A stretch of 62,686 nt of DNA, filler included, from Dirinaria sp. TL-2023a (taxonomy: Eukaryota), in the NCBI GenBank assembly GCA_051941275.1. It is 2 parts of 2 records of this genome, joined end to end, with 100 filler letters (N's around TTAATTAATTAA, not from the genome) between each part and the next. Parts side by side here need not be neighbours in the genome. Positions count along the whole stretch, not along the records: positions 1 to 31,402 come from JAVEBF010000093.1; 1 more part is not named here. One strand, written 5' to 3'. Below, one piece after another: positions 1 through 11,417 of this stretch. Below the pieces are notes generated by a model. It saw only the letters and a program-made list of their open reading frames with translations, was not told where the DNA came from and made no database searches. Position 1 is the first letter of the stretch. Each line of letters opens with the position of its first letter. A program made the translations under genes and the position numbers.

Positions 1-1124
1 GGATAGGTAAACCGCAGGGCTCCGGGTAATAGTAATATCGGGTATATAGTAACCCACAATTCCTCGCTTTTCTTATAGAAGGGAGGCAATTAATCACACA
101 CATACAAACTGCCAAACATAGGTGCAATTGACCTCACAAAACACCTTCTAAATCTGACACCTTCCTTCTCCTTTTTTCACTGATACAAGCGTTCAGCGAC
201 CTAGGACGCAAGGCAACCCTATACATACTTTCGTCCATCATACTCTGGTTGGGTGGTGGAAATGAAGAGACATAGAAACTCGTCACGTGACCCGACTGAC
301 TAGCCCAGCTAAAGGCGCATCGCCGCGTCACAGGCTAGGCTAGTCCGGCCAAACAGCGACCCGACCGAGCGAACCCTGTATGAAAAAAAACAAATTCCTC
401 CCCTTCTTCAATTACCTACAGTATGTTGTACAGGAAATTCCCATGGATGAATTTGGTCTTACAACTGTTCTGGACTAGCTACTCAGAGAATGCAGGCTAG
501 GCATCTGTTTCGGTTGTTTACTAAATTTAGAGCAAGTGAAGGACTTTTTGACAGCTTTCAAGGACATCATCAACATTTCAAGTAATGACCAGCAACACAC
601 CTCCTACGCAAGACGATCGGTACAAAATTGGCCAAATAGCAGGATCGGCTCTGGTGAGTCCTCGGAACGTGCATTATGTTTGTTTATGCTCCTATCTCCT
701 GAAGATTGTGCAAGCCTTCGGAGACGCCATTCTCCGGTTATACCCGCCCCCCGCAGTGTTTTGATCTCCCTTGCTGGTTGGTATCTCGAACCTCTTGTTC
801 ACTATGACACTCGTACCTCGTGTTGGGAGCGACCGCAGTTACAAGAGGATTTTTGTCACCGGCAAGCCTACGATTGGTCTTTTTTGGATAAATCTTTTCT
901 TGTCGCTCTTTGTATGTCAATGTTTGGATCTACCGCCGTGAGATCTAGCAATCTCCCCTTTTTTTGGTAGAAATTACACCTTCGTTGCGCGTGCCAGCTT
1001 GAAACTAGATTCCGCCGGGTTCGACGACATTTCAATCGATCATGGACTCGCCCAATGTTAGTTTTATCCATTTGCAGCGTCAAGCTCTGGGACTATGATC
1101 GATAGCTAACCACAGGCCCAGCCT

Positions 1125-2324
1125 ATGAAGCCACCGAAAGGGCCGCCGTACGCAAGCAAGAATGCTGGGCTTGGAGGCCAGGCCACGGTTGATCTCGATG
1201 TCCCTGTCACCTCTGTGTTCATGTTCCTCTTCCTGCTCGGTGGGATAGGTCATATGACAGTCCTCCAACTGAATCTGCGACGCGGACGCAAATTTCCCAT
1301 GTCCGGGGCTATGACGGGTTTCTCACTGGCTAGGATCCTGGCATGCTCAATGAGGATTGTATGGGCGACAAAACCGACGGACGTATCCATCGCGATCACT
1401 GCCCAGATCCTCCTCAACTTAGGGGATCTGATAGGCTTCGTCGTCAACCTCAATTTCGCCCTACGTATCATACGTGCCTTGCATCCCAAGTGGGGCTGGC
1501 ACCGGGCTTTTAAGTGGTTCTACATCGTTATATACTGTCTGATGGTGGCCACCATCTTCATCCTCATCGGCTTTTCCATCGACGGTATCTACACGCTGGA
1601 CCCCCAGAAACTCCAGAATTCCCGGGACGGAACACTGTACGGGCTCAGCTATTTTGCTTTCACATCCATCCTATCCCTTTTCTTGATTGCTTTAGCGTTG
1701 ATTTTGCCTCGAAAGACGGAACCGGAGCAATTTGGACGCGGAGGCATAAAGACGAAAGTGGCCATTGCCACTTATGGCGGCACTTTACTCGCTCTCGGTG
1801 CATGGTTTCGCGCTGGCACAAACTACATGCCCCCACATCAGTTGCCGTTAACCAAGCCTGTCCCCTATCTGTCTAAAGCTTGCTTCTACGTATTCTACTT
1901 CACGCTGGAGGTCCTCGTAATATGGGGTTACCTATTAGCTAGGATTGATCGCGTCTTCTATGTCCCCGATGGCAGCAAGGGCCCTGGTGATTATTCCAAG
2001 TCGAGGGTTGCCGGGAAGGATGACAGCCATGCGGAGGATGGACAAGTCGAGAATGAAACTGAGGAAGTGAAATCCAAGGGCACAGAATCGCAGAGTTCAC
2101 CTGCCACTGAAGTTGTCGATCTCGACGGTAAAGAACCCAAGAACTCGTCAGCAACTGAGGTCGTTGATTCTCAGAACCCTGGAGCGAAGGAAACGTTTGT
2201 AACTGAAGTTGTTGATTCTCAGGGTCCTGAAGCGAAGGAACCATCTGCGACTGAGGTTATCGATCCTAAGACCACTGAGCCGCAGAGCCCGCCTGCCGAA
2301 AAGAAGGAAGAGACGGCACCATGA
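1125..2324 (+). CDS. DUF3112-family multi-pass membrane protein with an acidic, repetitive C-terminal tail
   Basis: Intronless 399-aa ORF with about 7 hydrophobic segments. The N-terminus GPPY..LGG..VDLDVPVTSVF and the motifs ARILACSMRIVWA, LGAWFRAG and SKACFYVFYFTLE resemble fungal DUF3112 proteins. Confidence 0.75.
   Translation: MKPPKGPPYASKNAGLGGQATVDLDVPVTSVFMFLFLLGGIGHMTVLQLNLRRGRKFPMSGAMTGFSLARILACSMRIVWATKPTDVSIAITAQILLNLGDLIGFVVNLNFALRIIRALHPKWGWHRAFKWFYIVIYCLMVATIFILIGFSIDGIYTLDPQKLQNSRDGTLYGLSYFAFTSILSLFLIALALILPRKTEPEQFGRGGIKTKVAIATYGGTLLALGAWFRAGTNYMPPHQLPLTKPVPYLSKACFYVFYFTLEVLVIWGYLLARIDRVFYVPDGSKGPGDYSKSRVAGKDDSHAEDGQVENETEEVKSKGTESQSSPATEVVDLDGKEPKNSSATEVVDSQNPGAKETFVTEVVDSQGPEAKEPSATEVIDPKTTEPQSPPAEKKEETAP
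2103..2300 (+). repeat. Coding minisatellite: 4 degenerate 48-bp (16-aa) units plus a partial fifth
   Basis: Units start at 2103, 2151, 2199, 2247 and 2295. They encode ATEVVDLDGKEPKNSS, ATEVVDSQNPGAKETF, VTEVVDSQGPEAKEPS and ATEVIDPKTTEPQSPP. Confidence 0.9.
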
Positions 2325-3859
2325 TGATGATTAATGTTTTCCCCCCTTATCCATAACAAGTTTCACACGGCATGATTTGTCACATTGGGGTAGATAAGCC
2401 CTCTTTAACCAATACGATTAAAGTACTGGGATTAATTGATACGAACATAATTGGATGAGGTAGAAGAAGACAGTCCTTGGATTACTGCGCTCATGCGGAC
2501 ACTTTCTCTTCAGATTTCTTGCATATACATACAGTATGTGTTGCATCCCAAACCTACTCAAACACTCAGATTCCCGTGCCTTATCAAGCCAGACGCTTCC
2601 GAGTCGGAACAAAATCATGATTTTCCGTAACGAGGCACCCGCTGATTCCTGACAGTTGGTGAACCTACAGTACGGTTGAGCCCGTCGGAAGCAAGCGGGA
2701 AAACTGTGGGATCCTGGTCTCGCTTGCGAAAACGGTCGGTTAAAGGCTGCTCGAAAGTCATGGCGAGCTAGCTAGCCTTGCAGACACGCTAAAGAGTCGC
2801 GTCGACCGCACATCGGCATCAGTTTTCTTCACGGATCTATCAAGATAACCCATCTTAGCACTGATGCTGAACGTTGAAGCACGTTTAAACCTTTAGCAAG
2901 GCGTGGGGGAAACCCGAAATTGATGAGCATTTCGAATCACAAGCGACACTTTAGCACTGTTACCCTCATGTGTTACGCTTAGGGATGCGAATAGTCTCCT
3001 GCTTCTCACGTTTCGATTCCCTGCCAAGACGCTAGTTTCAAGTAATATTTTCAACACAAAGTCCTTCTGGTATCTCAGTGCCTAGAGACTCGTCGTTTGC
3101 AATAATGAAACCTATATGCAGTTAGAATTTGTTGGCGCCAGAGACAAACAAGGGGTGCAGATATACCATCCCATGCACATACATAGCTCTGGTACAAGGT
3201 ATACCTCACCAGGACAGTTTCAACTCCATCGCTATCGCCAAATACATCCTCTTTTTTCTATACAACCGAGGCCTAAAATGAATGAGTGGCTGAAAAAAGC
3301 AGCCGCCACAATGCCGTCATTTCGTGCAATCAAGGACGATCAGTCTCTGAGTCATCCATGTTCCTTAGTCAGCCCTCAAAGTTGTTTTCGCTTTCATATA
3401 GATTATTGTATTGTCCTGGGATGTGTAAATAACTGTTCAGTCATCGGCAAAACCTATTTTAGTAGAACCTTGGAGTTGATGGAGAGGACTGACCATTGCA
3501 ACGCGATACAGTTTCTTTTCTTGGAAAGCTTCTTCACATTTTTAAAGTCAGCACGGATGAGACCACTGCTGTTGCTGTCAATTAGATGTTTTTTTTTTTT
3601 TTTCGATACTTCTCATTCTTCATTCGCCCTCAATTTCTTTCTCCCTCACTCGGCCGCTTTGCTTGGCCAACACACGAACATGATGAAACATCGATGTGAG
3701 GAGAGAAACAAGTGTATTAGGTACGAGTACATTCGCAATCTCCCTCTCAATCAGGTTTCAATCCGCCCAGCCACTTTGTTAGATGGTGAACATACAAACT
3801 TTCCATCAGCAAAATGTCATTACAGACTGCCACAATGCTAGACTGGCAACATATATCAG

Positions 3860-5280
3860 ATATGATGGTCTACGGCGCCTCAAAGCTCCAGCATCCAACT
3901 GTGTTAAATACGCACTGCAGTGAATGAAGGATTATCTTTCGTCCCAACTATAAGAAGAATGCTATTGTCAGAGAACCTTCGTAAGGTCTAGCCAACAACA
4001 ATAGTATTTGGAAGCTCATTTAGATTAACAACATCACGCTAATCAATCCCTGCTGGGACATTTCCTACCATTACGACCCATACTCTCAGCGTGGCTTACC
4101 ACGCCTCTGGGAGCCGACATGACAAATTTCCCAATGGTGCAAAAAGGAGAGCGTGTGCCCGGAGCGTGAATCTCTAGCGCTTTCCATGTGTAACACCTGA
4201 TCCAATGTAGGACCGGTGGAAGAGCTAGAAAGCCATTCGAACTTCGAACGAGATTTTACACTCCAGACAACGAAAGATCGCTTGGAAAAGAAGTCATCAA
4301 ACGGAACTTAAGCGCTGACCCAATTTGAACTCAATGCGAAAGGTGATAGAGAAGTACCGTATGTTGTGGACTTTGATATCCCGCCAATTTCGTGACTTGA
4401 GAGGTTCAAAAGAGGGGATATCGTTGCATTTGATGAGGAGAGTGCATAGTGATCCGCTCTTTACATTTTGCTAAGTGAAAGCGTTGGTCTTTGATCAATC
4501 TTCCCCTCGTCTGTATCCCATGGCAGTATCCGATAGCCAGCTTCCAGCGCTAACACGAAATAAATCGGGGTTATCAATCAGCTGCACAACTATTTCCCAA
4601 GCAGCTTTGCTGGTTTCTGCCAGTACCATGATTCTCTGTATCCGACTTCGGACGGAATATGCACATTTGTTGCAATATCTTAACTCTCCAAACGGCGTCT
4701 CCACCCGCTACAGTTGTCTCATTTCTCAACGTCGCGCGATGATAGCCATTCTCGTAGCAGTGGATTGAATAATTGCAAGCTTCACCTCAGAAGTCATACC
4801 AGTCGATCCAAGAACAAGGGCACTGCGATCCATCGAGATCGGCGGTTGCACATCTGAAATTTTTCACATATTTCTTCAGTTAACAGCTCCTTGCTCCCAC
4901 AGGACGCTATACAGATGCTAGTTGTGCACGCATCAGACTGTGGTTGCGCAAGCATCAACTTCCATTGTCCATATCTCAGATGAAGGCAATATCGTCGCCA
5001 CGGAAATGGGGGCAGTGGACCTCAAGAGTGGCATCTCGACTGACAGAATGTTGGTTACTTCTCCTACTTGTGTCGTCGGGAGCTGGATTATGACGAGACA
5101 ATCATGAGAACGAACGATGGGGTAGTACTGCGGTTTCCTTGTTTTTCTTGCAGATATGACGCCCTAAGGTCATACTAGGACTCGAGCAACATACCACTTC
5201 GACACCAACTCTGTCGCTCTTGCATTGTATATGAGCATGGAACGATCCGAGTATGACTTAGATCGAAAGTCTATTAAGTC
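3860..5280 (+). pseudogene. Possible heavily decayed WD40-repeat (NACHT-WD-like C-terminus) relic
   Basis: Only scattered fragments in different frames: ELESHSNF (cf. TLEGHS), IVAFDEES and TISQAALLVSAS (cf. VAFSPDG..LASAS), and ISDEGNIVATEMGAVDL...VVGSWI. Many stops; boundaries are approximate. Confidence 0.25.
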
Positions 5281-5482
5281 TTGACATCATGCTTAATGTT
5301 GCTGGTCACTTAGCAAATGGAAATGCACGAATTTATAAGGCTTAGAGTTCTTTGGTGTCATGCATTAGTTTTCTTCAGTCGATCACATGCGTCATGTATC
5401 GCCCGCTGTTATATAGAGGTCTTGTGCCACCATCTTCTATTCTCATCGTGCATATCAGCATTCATCCCCACATCTAGGTTGT

Positions 5483-6971
5483 TTGAAGGAGGTGGCAGCA
5501 GCATCGCTGTGCCCAACGGATTTCAGTCAAGACATATCTTATTCAAAACATGGCAAGGCCAATCACTATCTCGACAGAATCATGGCAAATATTGACAAAG
5601 ACGCATACGCATTACGCCGCACCGAAGCCTATGCGAGAAGGTATCTGTTGGTCGTGGCTCGGTCGTTGATCGCTGAACTTGAGACTCCCGGCGAGACGAT
5701 GTCGCGGATTGCATGAGCTGAGATCTGCTCCTGCCCTCTGTTGTAAGGCTACTCGGCGGGCTTGACTCCCAACAGTTCGAATCATTCATCGTGATCAAGA
5801 CCACCATCGATCTGAAGGTCTTTGACAAATTGGTTGAACGTGATTACACGCCAAAAAGCATCAAGTATTTAGCAAGAGCTACAGGCTTGGAGGAACTGTG
5901 GATAGATTAGCTTTGTCCCATTGGGGCCTCGAAGACTCACTGACTTCTGACGTGGGATATGGCGTACCATGAAGTATCTCGTGGCCATGAAGTTCGTAGC
6001 CGAGCCGGAAATGGATTTGATTAGATCCTACGCAAATTTCGAAAGCATTACCGATCCCCAAGTGCCGAGATGATATAACTATGATATAACCATGATATAA
6101 GCAATCCCAAATGCTGTAGCTGACTATAGGGGGCTGGCGATGGAAGATTTGACTTTTTGGGCGCACCTGTCATGAATTCTCCCGTATACGCCCCCAAGAC
6201 CAGATATCGAAGCCCACAAAATGCCGCAGACAGCACGTTTCAGTGCTACCACGGTAGTACGAGACGCATTTTCGAATATTAAGTTGAGCATCCAGATCCT
6301 CATGAGCGCTTCAACAACTACATGGGAAGACATCGGGATGGAAACCCCAACCGGTCCCAGTGCGACTTTTTGCCGCTGGACTGCATGCTTCAGGCTCGGA
6401 CTTGAATGCTCGTTCTGTGCTTCTGGTTGATGTAGGAGGTGGACTAGTTAATGATGCCGAGGATTCCAAAGACAATCATCTCAGTCTGCCGGGGCGGATT
6501 ATAGGCCAGGATTAACCAGGCTCAATGGAGCAAGCCGCTGCGAGGGTTCAAGGGGTTGAAATGATGTCTTATTATCTCTTCGCTCCACCGCCAATTCAAA
6601 GTTTTTTCAGGTAGCCGCTGAAAATTTCAGTATTGGATGTTGATCTCGTATACAGGGCCCAAATCTTATTAGATCCACTTCATTTTTCACAATTGGACCG
6701 ATGAAGAATGTCGGAACATTCTGACCGAACTTGTGTAAGCCATGAAGATCTGATGCTCCAAGCTCCTCATCAACGATTATGTGGTGCCAGATCAGAACCT
6801 GCCCTAGCTCATAACATCGCTAGTTCTAATGATGATGGTCTCGAGCCACTTATTAGAGCGTACGCGCAAGTAATAGCATGGGATATGAGTTCTGTCGGGT
6901 TGAAGATTATCAAAATTCAGAGTTGCCCAGATAGTCACGAATCATTAATTGAGGCCGAGGTGCAGGAATAG
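5483..6971 (+). pseudogene. O-methyltransferase pseudogene (fungal Methyltransf_2 family with N-terminal dimerisation domain)
   Basis: Manual translation across frames gives collinear motifs: ARSLIAELETPGETMSRIA*AE (W codon to TGA, 5714-5716), IKTTIDLKVFDKL..PKSIKYLARATG, RTMKYLVAM, FNNYMG, VLLVDVGGG (VDVGGG at 6426-6443), LPGRIIGQD*P, HNWTDEECRNIL (from 6688), SKLLIND.VVP, LERT and VGLKIIKI..ESLIEAEVQE*. It carries multiple in-frame stops and frameshifts. Confidence 0.85.
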
Positions 6972-8785
6972 GTTGAACACAATCCGCGCTCGATTTCGAG
7001 CAGCTGTCAACGGTTCCTATATCCCAAGATCCTAGGATCCGGTCCTTCAACAGAATATACTTATCGATGTCCAAAGAGTTCTGTAGGCGCCGACGCCGGT
7101 CGAACACGATTTTCAGCGAATAGTGCATGGAAGGAGTGATTGACAGATATATGCACCGAATTCATTCCCATTGAGACCCTAAGTAACTCATTTTTTCCTA
7201 GTTGGCTTTTCAACTCGAGCTGAATCGTCTTGTTGATGTTCTTCTCATCGTAACTTGATCCGAAACATTTTCCATTAGTCTTGAAGCGCATGTTGAGACT
7301 TCAATATCATGCCCTGATCGCAATTGATCAGCCCACTGTACCGCTACATGTAGAGTCCACACACTCGATCGAGTCGAGCTTCATTTTCAGTCAGGGTCAG
7401 ACCTTAACAAGTCAATTCTTCACAAACGCATTCTTCCGAATATCTTTTGGCAAGAGCAACAGAACCCTCCAGGAAAGCGCGAAGCCTCAATCAACTCAAA
7501 CCATCTTTGGCTCGATCTTGGACTCCCAAGAGCCGCACGTGAAGGAAAGACAACATGTGTCTTTTAAACTCTCGCATGAGTGCCAGGATATCACTATACC
7601 ATGGAGTTTGGGATGCTCATGATCGTGGAAGCATTCGTAGAAGCGTCCAAAAAATCCCCGCGATAGATTTCGTACATCTTTGATCCAGACCTATGCTTTG
7701 GTTTTTGGGTATCTAAGTTGTGTGTACATGAAAGCTCCCTCGAAAAGTTAGATAATCAGAAGACATGCTCAGGAATTTGTGCAGAAGTTCATCCGGTCAT
7801 TTCACAATCTCAACGCCATTTCATTGAGGCGAATTTTTCTTAGCAGTTCGAATCCACACAGACGCGAGCATGCTACAATGGAGGCAACGCTCTCCGTCCT
7901 AATAAAATATTTTTGGCTCCGAGATCCAAGTCAGAAAGATACTGAACAACACGACGACTTCAAGCACGCCATGGATGTTTTCTCAACCTCGTCGTAATCA
8001 GGGTTGAGTCAGGGTTTAATTCTACTGATATTAGTTGTATGGAGTAGGTTAGATGAGTCTGGTACTTCCTGTCACTGCTTATTTCTCTTACAATGCTAAG
8101 AACTAAGCTACCATTCCGAGATTGCCATCCAATGCATGTATTGCAACAGCTGCAATCGCATCCCGAGTCACGTTTCTCGATTTTTACTCGGACCCTAAAG
8201 TTGAGTCAGACACAGTACCTTAGAGTGCCTAGTCCATCGGCTACTTGGGCAACGCACGAATCATCCAACATTTTCCACACCCATGCTTAGAGCTGCATCT
8301 ATTACTATCATGGGTATGGATCCATATAACCAGCTCCCGGGGGTCGAATGTGAGATAATGAAGCGCAGATGGTCTTGGATGCGAGGCTTATGAACATTCC
8401 CCAATGAGATTCCAAATATTCAGGTGCGGGGCAGAAGAGCAAAAGAGCTGGCGGCTGTTGTGAAATGCGGAAACTTAGTGCTGGTACGTTGCGAGTTACA
8501 ATAGAGTCGCCAATCAGGCTGAATGCTATCGGCCTCTTGCCACAGCAGAAGGCGGGAAATTACACAATACACATTAATTTTGCTCCTACCTTACAACGTT
8601 TCTCTCCCTGCTTGGCTCACATCGCCGGGTCTATATGAACAGGAAAGTAGGCGCTAGAAGAGTATGTACGCTGAAACGCATAATCTAACAGCCCGCCCGT
8701 TTCCATTCCCCTTTCAGAGCTGTACGTCACTCCCAACAGCCAGCCAACGAGCCGCGACCCAGTCCTATTGCTTCCGCTTTATGCT

Positions 8786-9475
8786 CTACCAGATCGGCTG
8801 TCGAGCAGAGAAGACCAGCATCGAGCCGACGACCTGACTCTCGACGTGTGAATAGTTCTTATTCAGAACCTCCACAAACATCTCTTCCGTGTCCTCCAGA
8901 TTGCCCATGCGACCTTTGCGGTTGATGCGACGCAACGCCCACTTCGACCAGCTCGTTTGGTTCCCCGACTTGGGTCCAAGGACCGTACATCCGAAGAGCA
9001 CACCGTCGGGCTTCAGATGATGCTTCAGCATGCTGAAAACCTGGCATTTGCGCTCCTGGGGCGGAGGCAAGCAGTGTAGCAAGTACATGATGGAGATGGA
9101 GTCGAAGGTGCCCAAAGACTCTGGGAGAGGCTCCAGGATATCGTGCTGTAGAACATCGAGGTCTGGGCGGCCGAGGCGCTCCTTTGTCTTCTCGAGACAG
9201 TTGGCGTTCAGGTCGCAGAGGGTGATGGATGCGTCCGAAGCGGGATGGGAGTTCTGCAGGAACCAGCCGGTCCCAACGCCGATATCGAGGTGGTTCCTGC
9301 GGATGTGGGAGCGAAAGAAGGGGAGCGTGACTCGGGCGGTGGAACAGCGCCAGAAGATGGAGCTCATGATCTTCAGGATGAAGAAGTCGTAGAATACCAG
9401 GAGCACTCTACTATAGACGGCGGCGCCTGGCACACCGGCCTTCTCGCTCAGGACGGGTGCCGTACTTTTGGCCAT
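8786..9475 (-). CDS. Class I SAM-dependent methyltransferase, YbcY/VrtF-like family (229 aa)
   Basis: Intronless ORF, first ATG at 9475. Motifs GAAVYS..LL.FYD, WRCST..LPFF, NHLDIGVGTG (SAM motif I), LCDLN, FDSISIMYLLHCLP, LKPDGVLFGCTVLG and VVGSMLVF. Confidence 0.85.
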   Translation of the reverse strand: MAKSTAPVLSEKAGVPGAAVYSRVLLVFYDFFILKIMSSIFWRCSTARVTLPFFRSHIRRNHLDIGVGTGWFLQNSHPASDASITLCDLNANCLEKTKERLGRPDLDVLQHDILEPLPESLGTFDSISIMYLLHCLPPPQERKCQVFSMLKHHLKPDGVLFGCTVLGPKSGNQTSWSKWALRRINRKGRMGNLEDTEEMFVEVLNKNYSHVESQVVGSMLVFSARQPIW

Positions 9476-11417
9476 GGTTCCACACGACAAGGGTATCTGC
9501 TTTGGAGAAAGCGGTGCAAGATTCCCAGGGAATTAAGAGATTGCGGGCTGGGAGAGAGACAAGTACCAAGTGTGGCCTGATCAGCTGTGGCTGTTCTTAA
9601 AGAGATCCAATAAAGTGAAGGGGAAGGGGGAGGGGATTATTCTCATCTTTGAGATCAGGGCTACTCGCGTAATCGGATCCAGGCTGAGGTCCCAAAGACC
9701 AAAGTCTCTTCGACTTGTGCTTGTGCTCGGAGATCCCGAGCGAAGGCGCTCGAGAGCATTCGGGAAGTCTCAGCCCAGGTGAGGCAATGTTGCATGGCGG
9801 ATGGATGAGATAGATAATGAGTCAAGGGCTCAGTGTATGACGATTGGAACGCCAGAGCAACGGTAGTGGAGTTTGTTGGGTTGAAATATGCACTGTATTT
9901 TCTCCTTATCGAATACTAGCGCTTTCATAGTCGCCGGGTTCTCAGGTCCGAGTATGTACGAAGAACGGAGGTGCTTAAGCGACGCCCGAGCAGTAGGGCC
10001 TGTTTAGCACGGGTTCAGGTAACTAAGGTAGGAGGACAGTACATGGTGTAGGTAACTTGGTGTAGGTAAGGCAGTCCAGCAGTCCAGCTGGAAGTTAACG
10101 GGGGGCTTCGGTACCTTACGAGTAGATACTTGGTAAGGTACTGTACGCTGTGTACGCTGTATGTATCAGTCAATACCGTTCTATGCAAGCCAGGTACCGA
10201 TTCAGGCAGTGCATGGACGACAGAATTCGCCGTCTTGGCGGCAGAGGAGTTACATACCTTAGGGCGAGCATAGGGTTCCTTGGCCGCGCTGTCGGGCCGA
10301 AGCGCAATCTCGTAAAGCTTGTCTGCACCTCTTTCCGAGTGGTAGGAGCAGCCCGTACTGTAAAGTAACCGACGTACAACACATTACAGCTGTATTTTAC
10401 AACGCCTGATGCGCCTGATGCATTACGGCTGAACAAGCTTTACGGCCGCTTTAGGCTGAAGCGGATCCTCCTCGACCGAGCAACGGCGCATAAACATCCC
10501 ATTCTGTAGTGTGAGAGATCCCAGCCCCCCAGCCCCTGCAGGATATTGGTAAGTTACCGAAAAACCACTAGAGACGAAAAGGTCCGATTAGACAAGGATC
10601 GCCTAGCGATGTCTGACATTGAAGAAAATGACACTCCAATCGCTCGTCAGGTCAACATGAGACAATACATCACCATCTATTGTATGTACTGTACGGGTAC
10701 ACCTGAGACGGACGTAATCGACTTTGAGTTCCTCCGTGAGACCAGAGAAGTCCGGCGAACTAGAGCGGCACGATTACAGCCACATTGACTAAAATGAAAG
10801 ATACGTCGGAGTCGAAGTTCTCGCAATTGCCAACTCAGAGACGGCTGAGCCTAAGCGCAAAAAAAGGGGTCATGCTGTTCCGGAATCGTCGGTCATCTAG
10901 TGCTTGACACAATCAAGTCCGCAGTCGCTTCGCTTTCCTGAGAACGGCAACAGGCTCTCGAGGGAGCCAAGAAGCTATACTAGTTCATTGACGTGGATCA
11001 GATGGTCAGATCAGAATTCGTTGGACGAAAAGGAGAAGTGGATAGAAAAGGGGTTGGTTTGGGTGTAGGGTTTGGAGTACTGAATGTCAGTCCTCTTTAC
11101 TCAACCCGTCAAAGGTAGCCTCAGTGCTGGAATGGTATGGATTCGAATGTGAAAACGCATGCAATATATTACTATGATCTATATATGATTGTAGATAGTT
11201 TAGAGATTACATATGGTGCCACGGTGAAGATATGGAAAGTAGAGAACAAAAAATTATCTATCAAAAGGGACAATCTTTCTCGGAGACAAATGCATTGAAA
11301 GTACGCCGTACACGACGAGACCATCTACCGCTGCTCCACTTTGCAGTCCAACCCCCTCTACCATAATTGTACCGTAAGTGCTCCAGGCCTTGACCACGCC
11401 TTCTACACCGCTGCGCT

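Noticed and set aside
1..380. Possible end of a mutated DNA transposon (TpA-rich start; minus-strand TACAGGG terminus near 380)
   Set aside because: No second terminal repeat, target-site duplication or transposase motif is visible in the window, so it cannot be supported.
3116..3841. 241-aa ORF
   Set aside because: It runs through a poly-T tract, has atypical composition and shows no recognisable motif; probably a chance ORF.
7000..8300. Possible additional decayed gene between the O-methyltransferase pseudogene and the intact methyltransferase
   Set aside because: Only short ORF fragments with no motif I can assign.
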